Assembly (NCBI RefSeq): GCF_004010195.1
Contig: NC_057720.1
Span: forward strand, 5,540,871 to 5,573,580
Source of the DNA: Chiloscyllium plagiosum
Lineage: Eukaryota
Length of the DNA: 32,710 bases
Reading direction: 5' to 3'
The position numbers and the translations under genes were made by a program. Shown here in pieces: positions 31,077 through 32,710 of the stretch (position 1 is the first letter of the stretch; each line of letters begins with the position of its first letter). Under the pieces are notes generated by a model. The model searched no databases. It was not told the origin of the DNA and worked only from the letters and a program-made list of their open reading frames with translations.

Positions 31077-32517
31077 CCATTGTCATGAAATGACAAAAGA
31101 AGGGAATGCGAAAGTTTATAGTCTTAAAACTTATCTTTAAACATTTAGACTAAAATGTAATTTTGAATTATAGAACACATTTGCTGCACATTAGAAATTA
31201 GACAGGCAGGGAGGGTAAGGCAATTAAGAAAATTTGCCTTAACATCAGTGAATCTATATAAACAGGACAACGAGTAATAACATTCACGGCTGCTCCTTTG
31301 TGAAATTAATAACAGTGTTTGATTTTCACCTCAAAACGAAATGTATCAATTAACTTCTCTCCCAAATTATTGTCCTTCACTGTTACATGTCTAGTTCTGA
31401 ACATGCAGTGCTTTTGTTAATTTTTTTGTGTTTATGACAGTACAGCCTTTGTAAATTTGTGTATAAAGGTACATGTTTATGATAGTACAACAGAGTAGCC
31501 TGCCAGGGCTCTTGAAGGAAGAGCGATGTCCTACTCCCCTGGGTTATTAGAATCCAGTTAGCCTGGCTTATAGATATCAGTGTTATGTTGTAACAGTGAT
31601 GTTATTAGTAAATAAAGGGGATGACTAAAGTTAAACTGAACTGCCTGTAAGAGGTTTTTTATTCCAGACTACCAAAAGTACGATCTCCAGGATGAACTAA
31701 GAGAGGCTTACAGGTTGAGTTCACAAGGAATTCCCTAAGCTGTCTCAAATTTGTACTTTATCATCATAGCAATGTATTTGATTCTTAACTTTGCTTTGAA
31801 ATGGTTGGGACTACCCCTCAGTCCAATGGCAATTAGGGGTGGCAACAAATGTTCATCTTGCCAGCAGCAACCCCAACCCAAGGACAAAAAAGAAAGTGAA
31901 AAGGGTGTGGGTGGATGATTGGTTTTCAGCTGGCATGGGCACAATGGGCCAAATGGCCTTCTTCCATCCCCTCAGTTTTATTATGCCCCTAACGTTTTGA
32001 GTGAAATGTTTTCTCCACTCCAGGTCTTTTTGTTGCAGGTTTGAGATCCATGGCTTGTGTCTCATGATACATTGTCCAGAGGGAAGAAGTTTTTTCTCTC
32101 TCTGTCTCCCCCATATCAGCTGGCACGTTATTGCAATTTGGCCATTTGACTCACACTCAGTGCGTTAATTCCCTTCCTCTGATGTCACTGCCTGTGGAGC
32201 AGGAATTGGTGAAACCTCAGACCAGCAGCGCAAAGGAAGGAATTCTCCCTATGTCCCCTCGTGCCAGGGGGAGTGAAAAGAGATGTTGTAAAGGGATTGA
32301 AGGATGTGGGGAGGGGAAGCACTGGGCAAAACCTGACAGGCACATGCCTGGCCACCTTTGGGAGGGCCTTTCTGAGGTATTTGGAGTGGAAAGCAGGCAG
32401 AAGAAAGCTCAGTGCCTTAGACACGAGGCTGAATAAACTGGGCCTCTAGAGTTTAGAAAAATGGGTTAGGGAATCTCACGGAAACATACAGGACTCTGAA
32501 GGGGTTAGAACCCATTC

Positions 32518-32710
32518 TTTTTTTTTATAGATATTTTTATTAGAAATTTAACATTTTTGCAAGTTTACAAAAATAAACAAAACTCTCAAATATAAACATT
32601 GATATACAATTAAATCAAATATACAATAGCCAAAATTTAACAAAAGAAGAAAGAAAAAAAAAACGAAAAAGAAAAAAAAACAAAACTCAACTATCTACTA
32701 ATCTAACCTA
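32518..32710 (-). mobile_element. Probable L1-clade LINE 3' end (poly(A) signal plus tail), running off the window
   Basis: Minus strand is a T-rich UTR ending AATAAAAATATCTATAAAAAAAAA. Confidence 0.6.

Overview
Eukaryotic, repeat-dense genomic DNA, almost certainly from a cartilaginous fish (shark): it carries HE1-type tRNA-derived SINEs, a second DeuSINE/SacSINE1-like SINE family, many CR1 LINE fragments (a nested, single-orientation stack at ~18.1-28.7 kb), one large Penelope-like element (PLE, Neptune-like RT) at 11.7-14.2 kb and several small PLE terminal fragments. There are two assembly gaps (11900-12533, 22740-23045). No host protein-coding gene can be confidently identified. Nearly all ORF-track entries are broken retroelement frames or chance ORFs. 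The most interesting signal is at 18536-18755. There, the last 35 nt of U6 snRNA (ending in 5 T) are fused exactly at the predicted self-cleavage site of the PLE hammerhead ribozyme, inside a TSD-flanked insertion with an inverted end. This suggests RtcB-type ligation of U6 (2',3'-cyclic phosphate) to a ribozyme-generated 5'-OH, followed by retrotransposition. Also present: several PLE-type minimal hammerhead motifs (one apparently intact), a clean twin-priming-like PLE inversion, and a 283-bp fold-back palindrome of a CR1 3' end. Repeat family names come from motif recognition, not from database searches, and repeat boundaries are approximate.
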